Assembly (NCBI GenBank): GCA_043228905.1
Contig: JBHGNT010000016.1
Span: forward strand, 18,352,001 to 18,416,000
Length of the DNA stretch: 64,000 nt
Reading direction: 5' to 3'
Source: Azolla caroliniana
Lineage: Eukaryota; Plantae; Polypodiophyta
Under the pieces are notes generated by a model that was given only the letters and a program-made list of their open reading frames with translations, had not been told where the DNA came from and made no database searches. Made by a program: the position numbers and the translations under genes. Positions 1-24,264 of this stretch are shown here, one piece after another; position 1 is the first letter of the stretch; each line of letters begins with the position of its first letter.

Positions 1-881
1 CCATTATTTCCCAAAATGCCGTCTGCTTAACCCCCATTAAGCAGTTATATGTACTTTTAGAGCAATTATTTTGTTGATTTATTCATTTTTTCCATTATAT
101 ATGCTTATTTAAGAAGGATTTAAGTCGATTCATCCCCTTTTTCAGAGTTATTCCCATACATCAATCTATTTATTTATCTCTAACAGGGATGCGTTACTAT
201 TATTAAGATGCAAGATTAACATATGGAGCTGCAACGCTATCTAAATAAACTATTTAAAGATATAGAGTTCATTATTAGAAGTTGGTGGCAAAGCATGATC
301 ACAGTTACAGGCTAACTAACATTATTCCAACCAAATTTCAGCTGTGATATTTGAGGGGATAAGGATTTTAATAGTTATATTTCTTTTAGGGAAAATTGCT
401 GAAACGACCCAAAATTTTAGTGAGCTGTAAATCACGGCAGTCTAACCAAAAAAAATCTAGGCAGAATTGTCAGGTGGCACTAAGTAGTAAACTCCTACAC
501 CTATATATTATCTCGGTCATTGGGTCTATAGCTCAGAGCCTTGCCCTGTAAGCCACATGTTTTTAGGTTAAATACTGATGCTTGCCCATAACAAGGACCT
601 CAAATGGCAACCAGGCCAACTAAACAGAAAAGGCTAACTTCTACAGTTTTTCCAAATACACCTAATCTTTCAGAAATTTATAAGCTTACCAGTGATATTT
701 GCCAAAAAAAAAGCTAGAATGTTATGATAAATTTAGCAATCAGCTTAATATTTGTATACTCTTGAGGTTTCGAAAAATATCAATTTGCCTGAATCATTTA
801 TACTAGCAAGGAATTTTGCTATTCTCTTTATGTGGTGATAGAATTATCATAATTAGACTACAATTCTTTCTTGAATGATAC

Positions 882-11760
<10,879 letters not shown>

Positions 11761-12089
11761 AGCCGAGAGGATTTATATGGAAAGGGAAAGGCACAAAAAA
11801 AGGGATTATATGTGCAGATCAACGAGCTATTATTGAAGAATCGAAGATGCGCACTTCTGCAATGTGGCGGGAAAAGGAAAGAAAACACGAACGGAGAAAG
11901 AGAAGAGCGAAGAAAATCTCTGCAGAAGGAGGAGGAGGAGGAGGAGAAGCCACAGACAGGAGAGCTTCTTTCTGAGCTAGACCTTCTTTCCCGCCCAATT
12001 CCTCTGTGTGTGCCTTCAGGGCCGTCGATTTCGACAATCGGACGGTCACGATTCATCCCAGAGGCTTTCTCTATGCGTATGCATACATT

Positions 12090-12720
12090 AATTAACATAA
12101 CACACACATACATACATACATACCATACATACACACGTGACACATACATACCATACATACCATACATACCATACATACGTTACATAAATACACGCATACA
12201 TAGTATGAAGTTTGAACTATACGTGCATTCGCATGTGAGAATGTTTCAAACATTCGAGTATGGTAAACACCCTCGGCGTATGGTAAATACCATACTTTTG
12301 TATCCATTATTTATTATAAGGTAAAAAACATTTTAAGGTAAGAAAGTTAAGGTAAAAAATGTACCAAAAAAAACACATAATAATGTTTTGATATCATACG
12401 CATTCGTTTTCATTCGTGTGGACATAATGTTTGCCTGTGCGAGTATATTCCGTATTATGCATGCTTACATACATCCATACATGCCATACATATCTACTTG
12501 CATACATATTACACATCAAATCACATGCATGGATACATACATACACACACACATTCATACATGTCGTACTAAGCATGCTTACATACATCCATACATGCCA
12601 TACATATTACACATCAAATCACATGCATGGATACATACATACACACACACATTCTTACGTGTCTTCGTTTTTGTATTTCGTATTGTATATGTTACACATT
12701 GTAGATTTCTGTATATATAT
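12090..12720. repeat. (TACA/CA)n low-complexity region with an ~80-100-bp internal duplication
   Basis: catacatac arrays. The block catgcttacatacatccatacatgccataca...tacacatcaaatcacatgcatggatacatacatacacacacacattc occurs at ~12460 and ~12575. Confidence 0.8.
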
Positions 12721-12759
12721 ACGGTGTTTGTCGAAAAAAATTGCAGTTCTTGGTAACTA

Positions 12760-13285
12760 TTTTCCTCCATTGGTTTTCACTTGGGGCATCGTGGTTTGGA
12801 CATCACTTGTCCATGATCCGTGCCATTGTGACGTTGAACTTATGGACCATGGATTTTACACTAAACCTGGAAGTATTCATGCATTACCATTGCCGTCATT
12901 ACAGTTTTCAAGTATACAGAAGGAACTCCAACCAATATGGGAGATACTGAGTAGTACGATCGTATATAACCTCTGGAAGGCTCAGTGTTCTCTCGTTTTC
13001 CATCGACTTAAAACATCACCAAGCTAGTTTCAAATATCTGGTTAGACATAGTTCATACTTTGAAGGGTCAATGGAATGGTATAGTTGGAGATTCTGATGC
13101 TAAAATTGCTCAACGACATGAGTTTCTTATCGTCTAGACGGCTACTCCATTCATGACACCCAATTACGACACTCCTTATTGGCATTTTTTATCTCTGAAA
13201 TGGTCATTTCCCTCGCTGATCACATAGACTTAAAAATCTTGTAAAATGTTTACACTACTGACACAATATCTTTAAAATAAAAAAA
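12760..13285 (+). mobile_element. L1-type LINE 3' fragment
   Basis: ORF end ELQPIWEILSSTIVYNLWKAQCSLVFH resembles the plant L1 ORF2 C-terminal (IWK.RN..VF-like) region. An A-rich tail follows at ~13273-13285. Confidence 0.5.
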
Positions 13286-13467
13286 TTGTAGTTTTTGTGG
13301 TTTGTATATACATATATGTGCATGTAGTTTGCATTTTTAACATATGCATGTGTGGTTTGCAATTTGTATATTGAATCAGAGGCCATGCGTGTGTGATGTA
13401 AAGTAATTAGTCAGTCCCAATTAATCATGACGTCAACCATGTATGTATGTACGTGTTTAACAATCAA

Positions 13468-13812
13468 CAACGGTTCGGTTTGAACCAAACCAAACCACGA
13501 AACTGTAGACTAACGGTTAAAACAGTTTGGTTTAGGTTCAATATTTTTTTAACACTTCGGTTCAGGTTGGGGGGTGAACGGTTGTTTTCAATTTGGTTTC
13601 AATGGTTTGAAACCTCGATTTAAACGGTCAAATGGTTTCTTGATATTTTGAAATATTTTTATTTTTAAAAATTTTGTTTAATTTTTTTTAAAAATAACCT
13701 TTTCATTTTTTTAAGGAAAATCTTTAAAAATTAAAATTTGAAATAATGAAAATGTTTAATTTTTTACCTAAGTTGAAAACGGAAACCAAACCATGAAACC
13801 GTGGTTTGATGG
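13468..13812. mobile_element. MITE/DNA-transposon-like AT-rich remnant
   Basis: Repeated aacggtt/aaacc(g)/cggttt motifs flanking an AT-rich core. No clear target-site duplication (TSD). Confidence 0.3.
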
Positions 13813-14389
13813 TGTCACACACATGACTGCCACGCTTCCGAAAAGGAGGTCGTAAAGGGGAAGATAATGTCACGAACATGACTACCACACTTCTGAAAAG
13901 GCGGTCGTAAAGGGGAGGATAATGTCACGGACATATCAAGATTTGACTCTTCACCTCTTGTATATAGTCAAATATAACCAACACATCCTAATACATGGTC
14001 ATGTTATTTATATCTTAGTAGATTATTAGTAGATTATCTATTCCAAGTTCTAAGAGTTTTTAGAAGCTTCCAGAAAACTCCAGAAGCTTCTGCATGAAAA
14101 TGGGTCGATGCATGGAAGTACATGTAAATAAAGGTCACAAACATGTATAAATACTTGTAACTTCCTTGATCCCTTTCAAGGGATTCAACACTAGTCATTG
14201 ACACATCAATCTAGTATTCTTGTTCCATTCCATATTGTCTCATTCTTCATCTCTGTCTTCATGCTCTCATGTCGCTCATAACTTCTAGAGTTCCTAACCT
14301 TGTAAGTTCTAGCTCCAAGTTCGTAGCCCGTCGCTCGTAGCCCCATCATCTGTGCTTTGTTTGAGCCCGTGGTTTGTGTGTCCGTGACA
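13813..14389 (+). mobile_element. Solo Ty3/gypsy LTR with two 55-bp leading tandem units
   Basis: TGTCAC starts at 13813, 13868 and 13923. It ends GTCCGTGACA at 14389 (inverted match to TGTCACGGAC at 13923). Flanks gatgg/aatgg (4/5 TSD). tataaata at ~14146. Confidence 0.7.
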
Positions 14390-14699
14390 AATGGATTGAT
14401 GATAATGAGTGAGACCAAAGTTACATCAAACAATGTTGAGAATATGTTTTCCATGACTAGTGTTGATCTCCTTGATGTTAACAAGGGAGAACAACCCTTT
14501 TTATACATGAAGTGATGCATTCTAATACTTGCATGCCAAGCATGCTCATACTTGTAGGTCAAGTCATACATACTCGGTCTTACATACTATATTACCAATT
14601 TGCACATGCTAACTCATACTAGTCTTTATACAAAGGTTAAAGTCTAAAGTTTGCCTAGGAGAAGATATATATATATAAAAGGACCTAGGTTCGAGTTCA

Positions 14700-15310
14700 A
14701 GTTGATGTTCATGACAACATCCCAGATATTACGATGGTTTTCCTTTACGATATTGTGATAAAAGGGTGTTCTAAGTCAGAGAAAGATGAATCCCTAGATT
14801 GAGATAGATGTAGGCGCTTGCTTTGTTTCATATTATATTGAAGATTGTGAGAAAGTGTTCCCTTAACATTCTCTGGAGAGAGATCGACATTTGGACAACG
14901 AGAAATTATAGTGGTCGGGCATGTTTGTGGACCATATGGACAAAAACCTTCTCTTGGGAAGGTGAATGTTATCCAAGAAATGAAAGAGGAATTTGAGACA
15001 CTTGAACAAAAGTGTCAAGGTTCTTGGGGGCATTTGCCTTCTATCGCATTTGGATTCCACACTATGCTCATGTGGTTGGACCCTTGTATGGTTTGCTCAA
15101 AAAGGGGAAGAAGTTTAAATGGGAGCGCATACATACAGAGGCCAAGAAAGGGGCTTCAAGAACTTCTGCTCAAAGCCCCAACACAAAGGAAGCCAATCTA
15201 CATGCTTGGATCACCCATATTTTTTATATTGGACACAAGCATGTCTAGTATTGGATGGGTAATCAATCAAGGGAATGATGATGGGATAAGATGTGCAATT
15301 TGGTTTGGGT
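14700..15310 (+). pseudogene. Degraded Ty3/gypsy RT-RNase H fragment, same type as the element at 49774-56548
   Basis: VGHVCGPYGQKPSLGKV and RFLGAFAFYRIWIPHYAHVVGPLYGLLKKGKKFKW align with VGHLCGPYDWKPSLAKI and RFLGACTFYHIWILHYAHVTEPLYGLLKKGRKFEW. Confidence 0.8.
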
Positions 15311-15320
15311 TTTGTCAAAT

Positions 15321-16350
15321 TGTTGGCATAAAAGGCCAACTCCACCAAATTTGTATCCTTAGTGTGAACATGCTTCAACTGTGTGCATCTTGGTTCTTGC
15401 TTCTTACCTAATTTGCATGAATCTACTTCTCTTGTTATCCATGTTGTTTGCCTGACATCAATCCTATAAGTCCTCATCTTCCCTTGCACCAACATATCTC
15501 CATATTCAACATTCTGGTATCAGAGAAATCTTGTTGTTCGGCGGCAACGAACAACAAAAAACTGAGAAGAAAAGCTATCTAGCTAAGAGAAAAGACTAGG
15601 CCAACAACATCTACTTTCTAGAAAATGTGTTGAGAGACAAGCTCAACATTTGTGCGTAATACGATGCGTAACCAGTGCGTAGATTGGGTGCATAAAACCG
15701 GTACGCAGACCGCTGCGTAGAAAGGCCGTATCGGTGCGTAGACCGAAAGGCCGTTAGAAAGATATTCCTCGTAAGGAATATTTTTGGGAGTAAGTGTCGA
15801 GGCTCATTTATGAGCAGTCAAGTACTGTCAGTACTTGTGTCAGCCCACTATCATGGCTTGTATAAAAGTGCTCATTGAGCACATCCTATGTACAGATTGA
15901 AGATTGTTTTTGAATTTAACTTCTTGTGTTACTCTCTCTCTGTCTCTCCCCGTGCGTACTGTGAAAACCTAAGCTTTCCATTAAACCTGCATTTTCTGTT
16001 GTTCGGTTTTCCTATATTGCTTCTGCATGCCATTCTTTTTAAAATGGCTACATAGTTTGGCACAAGTGTGGAAATCTGGAAGTTCAACGGGAAGAACTTT
16101 GCACTATGGAAAGAGATGATGCAAGATGTGCTAATAATTTGAAGACAGGTCGAAGTAATATGGCACAATTCCAAGCCGTCTTTGATGTCTATTGAAGAGT
16201 GGAGATATATGCACGAAATCACATGCTCCACCATTCAAATGCATGTAGTTGAAAACGTTTATTTGAGCATCATGTGGGAGAAGTTGCATGTCGTGTACGA
16301 GAAATATCCTCCTCGTCGAAGCTCATATTGATTTGACAGTTGTTCAATAT
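15321..16350 (+). mobile_element. Ty1/copia debris: LTR end + Met PBS + gag fragment
   Basis: ...caaca then tggtatcagag (15515-15525). Gag-like KFNGKNFALWKEMMQDVL at ~16080, with stops and frameshifts. Confidence 0.6.
15628..15990 (+). mobile_element. LTR related to copia type B
   Basis: Starts TGTTGAGAGACAAGCTCAACA. Shares aggccgttag, tcctcgtaaggaata, ggctcatt..tgagca and ctttccattaaacct with 60038-60522. 3' end unclear. Confidence 0.65.
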
Positions 16351-16610
16351 TGCAAAAGATTACGTGCAGAAGCGTATGGGGAAGACACTAAGTATGATAG
16401 GCTATCCAGATGTACTACAGTTAGGTAAACATAGAGTAAGGGTAAGAGAGAGACTGAATAAGCAAACATACAAAAAAAAAACTATTACAAAAATACTCAA
16501 TACATACAATGTGTTCAATGAGAAGTATTTATAGAAGTCCTCAAAAGGATTGATCGGAGTACTAACAAGTACTTCAATGCTCATAAACGAGCCTCTGACA
16601 CTAATTTCCT
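16351..16610 (-). mobile_element. Inverted, diverged B-like LTR fragment
   Basis: Reverse complement contains gaggctcgtttatgagcattgaagtacttgttagtactcc, matching the B LTR core. Boundaries approximate. Confidence 0.45.
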
Positions 16611-17534
16611 ATATTAGGCATATAACCTAAAATAGGTCTAATGGGCACGTGTGACATTCCAGAACGACTTCCACAATTGCTCCGTCATCCAGATCCGGTA
16701 TCCAACTTCTTCAGTCGATCCGGCATCAAGTTCGGAAATTGGGCCTAGCCAACCACATCGATACAAGTCTGACCTACTGGCTTATCCAACCGGTCCGGCC
16801 CATGTTGAGCTTGCTCACTCAACTTGAGGTCGGTTTGTCATGTCAGATTTAGCCGGTCCTTGCTGGCGTCCTCACGCTTACCTCGCGCTCCTCGTCTGGT
16901 CCAGTCTCGCATTCCATGACCCCTTCTATTCCGTGCTCCTTGAGCCCTACAGTCGGTATGTTTGCTCTTTAGGCCCTTCTCATCTTCCTCATTGTTGTGA
17001 CATTGGCGCCCCTCGACCCGTCGGCTTCGGTTGCCCTCTCGTCTACTTGGCCTTCATATGATTTGGCTCCCCTGAATCAAACTCCTCGACCGAATCAGTT
17101 GTCAACTTGTCTCCGATTCACCTTTCTTCTTGTCTTTGACCACATCTACCCATCTCCTGGTTGTCAAATACGGGTTTCTCATTGTCGTATTCACACTGTC
17201 CCTTGGACAAACCAGGTTTAGGACAATTTTGTAAATATGTCAAAGGGCAGTTGCCCTACCTCTGTTAATATATAACTAACTTTATAACCTAGCTCATAAG
17301 GTTGTTTGCCTCCATTTGTTGTAACTTTGAGTTTGAATAATACAGTTGCATATTGTGTGTCATTCTCTGTCTCTCCTTCTCTCACTTTGTCTCTTTGATA
17401 TTGCTCTACCATGAGAACTTAGTGATATTCTAAGCATAGATGATGTTCTTGTTTCCGCATTGACAATCTCATACTCCAACATCTAGTATCAGAGCTTGAG
17501 GTTATTCAACTCGTTGCCCGCCGTCATTTGTTTC

Positions 17535-17988
17535 TGTTGAGATAACAAGCTAAACTAGGTTTAGCTATTTAGTCAACCATGTAACTTAGTAGTTACATAA
17601 CTAGAATCTAGTTAGAAGTGCTAACCTTAAACTCTTAAATAGGATCTTGTACTTGTACGTAAGTGGGGATACAATCTAGATCCTCCACTACCAAGAATAT
17701 TTAATATAGGACTTACATCCTTGTACTTATATTCTACTCACACATGTGCACCCTTGCACATGAATTGTATATATACCTCATTGTGGGTATTTTTGTAAGA
17801 TGATGATGCTTATTAATATAGAGAAAGGTCTTTAGCTACACTCTTGTTAATCATCCCCCATTTATATTATTGTTCATAAGTGTATCGTCCTCTCTCTCAC
17901 ACACACACAAATCACATAATCTTCTGTCTTCCACTATTTTATCAATACTCACATAATTAGACCCTAGTTAATTACCTAATTATTAACA
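17535..17988 (+). mobile_element. Solo LTR of copia type A family
   Basis: TGTTGAGATAACAAGCT...TATTAACA, co-linear with 41418-41851. TSD gtttc/atttc. Confidence 0.85.
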
Positions 17989-20006
17989 ATTTCCAACAAC
18001 ATTCTTACCCCTGTCTTCTTGAAGACCGTGAGTGTAAGATCTCATCTTGAGAAGAGAACTTCAACTTCTGGATTTGCACTCTAATGAGCTAGATTACTCT
18101 CAAGGTAAGTCGACCAATTGTACCTTGCTTCTGTGATTGCAATCGCTCAGAGCGGAATCTCTATCAAATCAGCCTCACTTGCGCTTTACTAGGTTAGACA
18201 TTGTCTACTTGTTTGTCGTAACCATTGAAAGTAGATCCAACCCTAGGAGCAACCTCATCTGTGCTTCACTCGGCTAGACGAAATCCGAGAAGAATAGTTT
18301 AAATCTGTCCCTCCAATTGTGATAGTCACTCGAAGCAAGATCGACTTGAAGGCACATAATCAATGATATGCCTCTAAAAATTGGCATTCAGAACCTATTT
18401 GGCATATAGTTGTGCTCAAGTCAACTAAGTGATATTTAGGAAGACTAGTCAGTTCTGTCCCTCCACTCGTTGTAGCAACTTGGAGCAAACTCACCATCCA
18501 ATAGTCATTCGAAACACAATCGTCAAACTCGTGTCCAAATCCGGTTAGAATGAATTCGGGTGAGCTAGTTGGTTGCACCCTACCACTGTTCATAGCCAAC
18601 TCTGCACGGAATCTCCCAAGGCCGACATAGATGGCATCAACATCTGACTCATTAGAAACGAGTCTAAGGAAGTTCGATGGATCAAACTTCAACTTCTAAA
18701 AGGAACAGATGTAGGACTATCTAATAGTCAAGGGTCAAATCGATCCAATCGAGATAGAAAACGCTCCTTTTAAAAAGCTGAATGAATGGTAGAAGTTGGA
18801 CAAAATTGTCCGCGTCACAATTCGGATGCACTTGTCAGAGTCATTGTACTTCACAGTGCAATCGTGTTTGATTTCCTTTCAACTATGGAAGACACCCTCA
18901 GACACTTATGAAAAGGTCACTATCACAAATATATATTTGATTCGGCTCCTCTACAATCTTCGGATGAAAGAATTCGATTTGGTCCAGGCACACCTGAATG
19001 AGTACAAAGGTATAAGCTCCCAGATTTCGGCTCAGGGGATGACAATCGAAGACGACTTAAAAACAATGTTGCTCTTGGGAAACTTTCGTCACAACTATGT
19101 GCAATGCGTTGACTACAACAGTAAAATACTCTGATGTCACAAGCGCAATCCTAACTGAAGCAACTCAGAGGAAATCGTTTGCAAATGACGACTAGTGTTG
19201 TGGATTTTTGGCTGCGAAGCATTCAATTTTGCGCCTAAGGATGATCACCGAAAGCTTGAGCCAGCCACGATCCTGGAAATGTATTTTCCTCGGCTATGGA
19301 TCAAAAGGCGAATTCGGCTACAAACTCTGGGATCTAGAAAACAACCAAATCATCTGAAGTTCGGGCGTCCTTTTCAATGAGTCAAAGATGCACAAGGCGG
19401 CTGAAAGGCCAATTGAAGTCAGAAGGGTCACTTTTTTCGGACACTGTGACTCCTCTTGACGGCCCAACACAACACACTAGAGCGGTAACACGACAAGTTG
19501 CTTCTACAGGAGAAGCTGACCCAGAGAGCAACATAAGTAGCGACCCATAGAGTCGATTGGCTACTAAAAAAAATGATCATCAGTGATTGTCATGATATGG
19601 CAAGATTCAAACCCATGACCTTATGTTACATGGGTCGAGCCCTTGCCATTAGACTATATATTGTAATACGAAGGATATTATTTTCATTTATTATTTCACT
19701 ATAGAAAATTGATGTATATTTCTAGATTTCTTTGGAACATTCTAGAAACTTCAGGAGTACTCCTGAAAACACTATAAAAGTAGGCACAAGGAATTATTTT
19801 GAACCAAATTGGTTCAATGCTAGTCTTAAGCCTCATAGTTATTCTTGTACTTACTCTTCTTATAATATAATATATCTTTTGTTATCATCATTCTCTCTCA
19901 TTCTCTCTCTCTGTCTCTCGTGATTTCTACACCATTTTCTCTCTCTTAGTACTAATTCACATCTTTTAGTAGTAATTCTCTCTCTGTCTTAGTACTGTTC
20001 CTGACA

Positions 20007-20260
20007 GTTTGAACTGATTTTGTCTCATTCTCTTACCCCTCCTTCCTTTCATACTAATCCTCTTATCCTCCATAGTAAAATGGCAACTGTTAGCGCTCAT
20101 GAATACCAATATGTTTTCTCAGAGCTTCAGTGCGTTTGAACTGATTTTGTCTCATTCTCTTACCCCTCCTTCCTTTCACACTAATCCTCTTATCCTCCAT
20201 AATAAAATGGCAACTGTTAGCGCTCATGAATACCAATATGTTTTCTCAGAGCTTCAGTGC
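20007..20260 (+). repeat. 127-bp tandem duplication of the leader and gag start
   Basis: gtttgaactgattttgtc...agagcttcagtgc at 20007-20133 and 20134-20260. Confidence 0.9.
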
Positions 20261-23200
20261 TTAAAAGAGAAGTTTGTAGCACTAGAACAAGAAAATCATC
20301 ATTTGTTGGGGGATCTTCTACAAATAGCTTTAGAAAAACAACAACAACACGGGGAGCTGACATTACGTGTACAACAACTTGAAGCGACTTTTGTATCACT
20401 ACAAAAACAAGGATCAAGCGCTCAAGGGACTCACAAAGAACCCAAAATCGGACTTCCTATGAAATTTGATGGGACCCGATCACAGTTCAGAGGTTTTCTT
20501 AATCAGGTACGCTTAGTGATTCAAATGCATCCTTCTCAATATCCCATCGATTCTAATGCATCCTTAATTAGGTATGCTTAGTGAGACTAATAAGCACGCT
20601 ACTTAGTGGTACGACTTTGGCATGGTTCACCCCCCTGATAGAAAAAAACTCTCCCTTGTTAAATAATTTTGAAGAGTTTATTAGCGAGTTTAAAGCCTGT
20701 TTTGGAGATACCGATAGTGTCAGGACGGCAATCAACAAAATCCGAAGATTGTGCCAAGGTGAGCGGCTGGGCCTCGGCTTATGCCGCGGATTTCCGTCTT
20801 CTCGCCATCGATATTCCTTGGGATGACCAGACATTAATGGAGCAATTTCATTTTGGCCTACGTAATGATGTCAAGGATTTACTCTTAACTTTCCCTGAAG
20901 AGCCAAAGTCATTGACAAAAGCAATCAATTGTGTGGTGCGATGCGATAACCGCCTTTTTGAACGACGTTTGGAACGTCAGTTCTAGATGCCAAGGACAAG
21001 ATTAGAGCCCACCTACACCTTAGTTGTAGCAAAACCTTTTCCAAGGGAGAGTCATATAATGTGTCTTCAGCAAATACTCCAACTCCGATGGAAATCGACA
21101 CCACACGTCGTCGTGGACCATTATCGGAAGAGGAGAAGTAGTGACGTCGAACAAATCGACTATGTCTCTATTGCGGTGGACCAAGGCATATTGCGGTGAA
21201 CTGTCCCCATAGGCCAAGAAGACAGGTAGATCAAATAGTCGCTAGTTCTAATTGTACTAAGCCCGACTCTATTTCAGTAGGAAGATCTAATAGTCCTAAT
21301 AGTACCAATAGCCCAATCCTTACAAACAAATTTGAAATACTTAGTCAACTTAAGTCCAACCAAAATAGGAGCCGTTTGGTTGGACAACCCTAGATCTGTG
21401 CAGCCCATTAGTGGTTCCATTTCCTCTAAGCAAGTTAGCAATGTGTTCTTAGCTCAAGCAATGGTTAGTACTAAAAGTATTCCTTCAATACATGTCTTAG
21501 CACTCTTAGATTCCGGAACCAACCCTTGCTTTATGGATAGGAATTTTGCCCAAGCTCATCAGATACCCCTAAGAAAACTTTCTTGCCCAACATCTGTAGT
21601 AGTTATTGATGGTCGTCCCATTGCTTCCGGAAAAATCTTAGAAGATTCAGAGCCGATTCAGGTTGTTCTAGGTAACTTAGTGTGTGTAGTATCATTTAAT
21701 ATAATTAGTAGTCCAGACCATCCAATTGTCTTGGGGTTACCATGGTTCGAATTACATAACCTAGACATAGATTGGAGAACAAGAGAAATCCGGGGATCTA
21801 CTCATAGGATTGCAACCATTTCGCTACGTCAATTGCGTGAGGAAGGACGCAAGGACGCAATGTTTGTCTTCGCAGTATCAGTAAAACCTTCCAACACCAC
21901 TAAAGAGGGATTCACAGTTCAACTTCCAGAGAAGTATCATCATTATGCCGATGTGTTCGATAAGGTACAAGCCAATACGCTTCCTCACCACCGACCATAT
22001 GATTGCCCCATTGATTTACAACTGGGAAAAGAGCCACCATGGGTCCCGATCTACAACTTGTCACCAACTGAGCTAGAAGTCCTTCGAGCCTATATTGAGG
22101 AGAATTTGGCAAACGGTTTTATTCGACATTAGAAATCTCCAGTCGGCGCACCCATTTTCTTTGTCAAGAAAAAGGATGGATCACTTTGTCTCGTTGTAGA
22201 TTACCGTGACTTGAATAAGGTCACCATCAAGAATAGGTATGCACTCCCCCTTATCTCAAGTCTTTTAGAACGGATCAATGGTGCAAGGTTCTTCACAAAG
22301 ATCGACTTATGGGGAGCATATAACCTCGTACGGATCTGACCATGAGATGAATGGAAGACCGCATTTTGCACCAGATAGGGGCACTTCGATTATACGGTCA
22401 TGCCATTCGGTCTCACTAATGCACCAACAATCTTCCAGCACATGGCAAATGATATATTTCGAGATCTCTTGGATGTTTGTTTGGTCATCTATTTGGATGA
22501 TCTACTGGTTTATTCGAAGACCCAAGAAGAGCATGATTCTCATGTATTGTTAGTACTAAAACGGCTTCGAGAACATGGTCTTTATGCAAAACTAGAAAAA
22601 TGTAGTTTCAAGTGCAACCAGGTGAAAATTTTGGGCTATGTCATCTCCTCGGAAGGCATCTCTATGGATCCAGCCAAGGTCAAAATTGTGATAGAGTGGC
22701 AGACTCCACGTTTGTTGCGAGATGTGCAATGCTTTTTAGGCCTTGCTAATTTTTACCGCAAGTTTATATAGGATTACTCAAAGCTTATTCTACCTCTCAC
22801 ACAACTTACCAAGAAGGGGAAGTCGTTTTTTTGGTCTAAAGAAGCGGACATGGCTTTTGAGAGTCTTAAGAAGGCATTCAAATTAGCTCCTATTCTAACT
22901 CATGTTGATTCGACAAAACCTTTCAGCATTGAGGTAGATGCATCGGATTTCGCCTTGGGTAGCATTCTTTCACAACAAGGCGATGATAAAAATATACATC
23001 TTGTGGCTTTCCACTCATGCAAGTTTGACGCCGCCGAAATCAACTATAAAATTCACGATAAAGAGCTATTAGCAATAATGGACTCTTTTACACAATGGAG
23101 GCAATTTCTAGAGGGGATCTTCTCATCAAGTCACCATATTCAGTGATCACAAAAATCTTGCCTCCTTCTAGAATGCTCGTGTATTAAATCAACGTCAAGC

Positions 23201-24264
23201 TTAGTGGGCCCAATTCCTTACTTGTTTCGACATCAAAATTACATATCGTCCTAGGAAGTAGCAAGGGAAGGCAGATGTGTTATCGCGACGCTCGTATATA
23301 GCACCGCGTCCCGGTGAGCCAGCATTCGATAACCAAAAGCAAGTAATCTTGGGACCGGCACGACTGCAAGCAACGCGGGTTTTCGATATGCCATTGGATT
23401 CCCACATTATCGATACCATACGTGAGGACTTGAAGATAGATGCTTTCGCTCAAGCCATTCTAGCACAAATTGATCCCTCTCGGGCATTTTGTTCACAGTC
23501 GCAACAACCAAGTATGGATTATCGACAATTCGAATGTCATGATAGATTACTATTCTTTAAGAAGCTCTTGTATGTTCCTAATGGGTCTTGTCTCCTTCGA
23601 GTAGTCCAAAATTGTCATGACACATATATAGTTGGGCATTTTGGTAGTACTAAAACGTTAGATTTAGTACAACGATCATTCTGGTGACTCAATATGTGAC
23701 AATTTGTCGAAGATTATGTTCGGACATGTGATACATGTTGCATAGCAAAGATGCCAAAACATCATCCATATGGTTTATTGGAACCATTACCAATTCCAAG
23801 CAAGTCGTGGCAATCCACTGCTCTAGATTTCATTACAGATCTTCCAATTTCTTAGGGATTTGATGCGATCTTAATAGTAGTAGACCGATATACGAAGATG
23901 GCCCATTTTCTACCATGTACTAAGGAAATCACTAGTGAAGAAACCGCCGAAACTGTTATGCGTGAGGTATGTCGGCATCATGGCCTCCCCGATAGTATAA
24001 TCAACGACCGTGGACCCCAGTTCGTCTTGAAATTCTGGAAGCACCTCTTCAAAATGCTCAAGGTCACTTGTAACCTCTCTTCCGGGTACCACCTGCAAAC
24101 AGACGGACAAGCAGAACAAACAAATCAAACGCTAGAATAGTATCTTCGGTGTTCTCTAAGCTATCACCAAGATGACTGACCAGATATTCTCCACTTCGCC
24201 GAATTTGCGTATAATAACTCTGTCCACTCATCGACTAAGGTTACACCATATTATGCTTATATGG

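Noticed and set aside
858-881. ISWI ending by read-through at VSFKKEL*
   Set aside because: A good AAG|GTAT donor at 881 and the absence of the usual basic C-terminal tail favour a further exon. Not excluded without RNA data.
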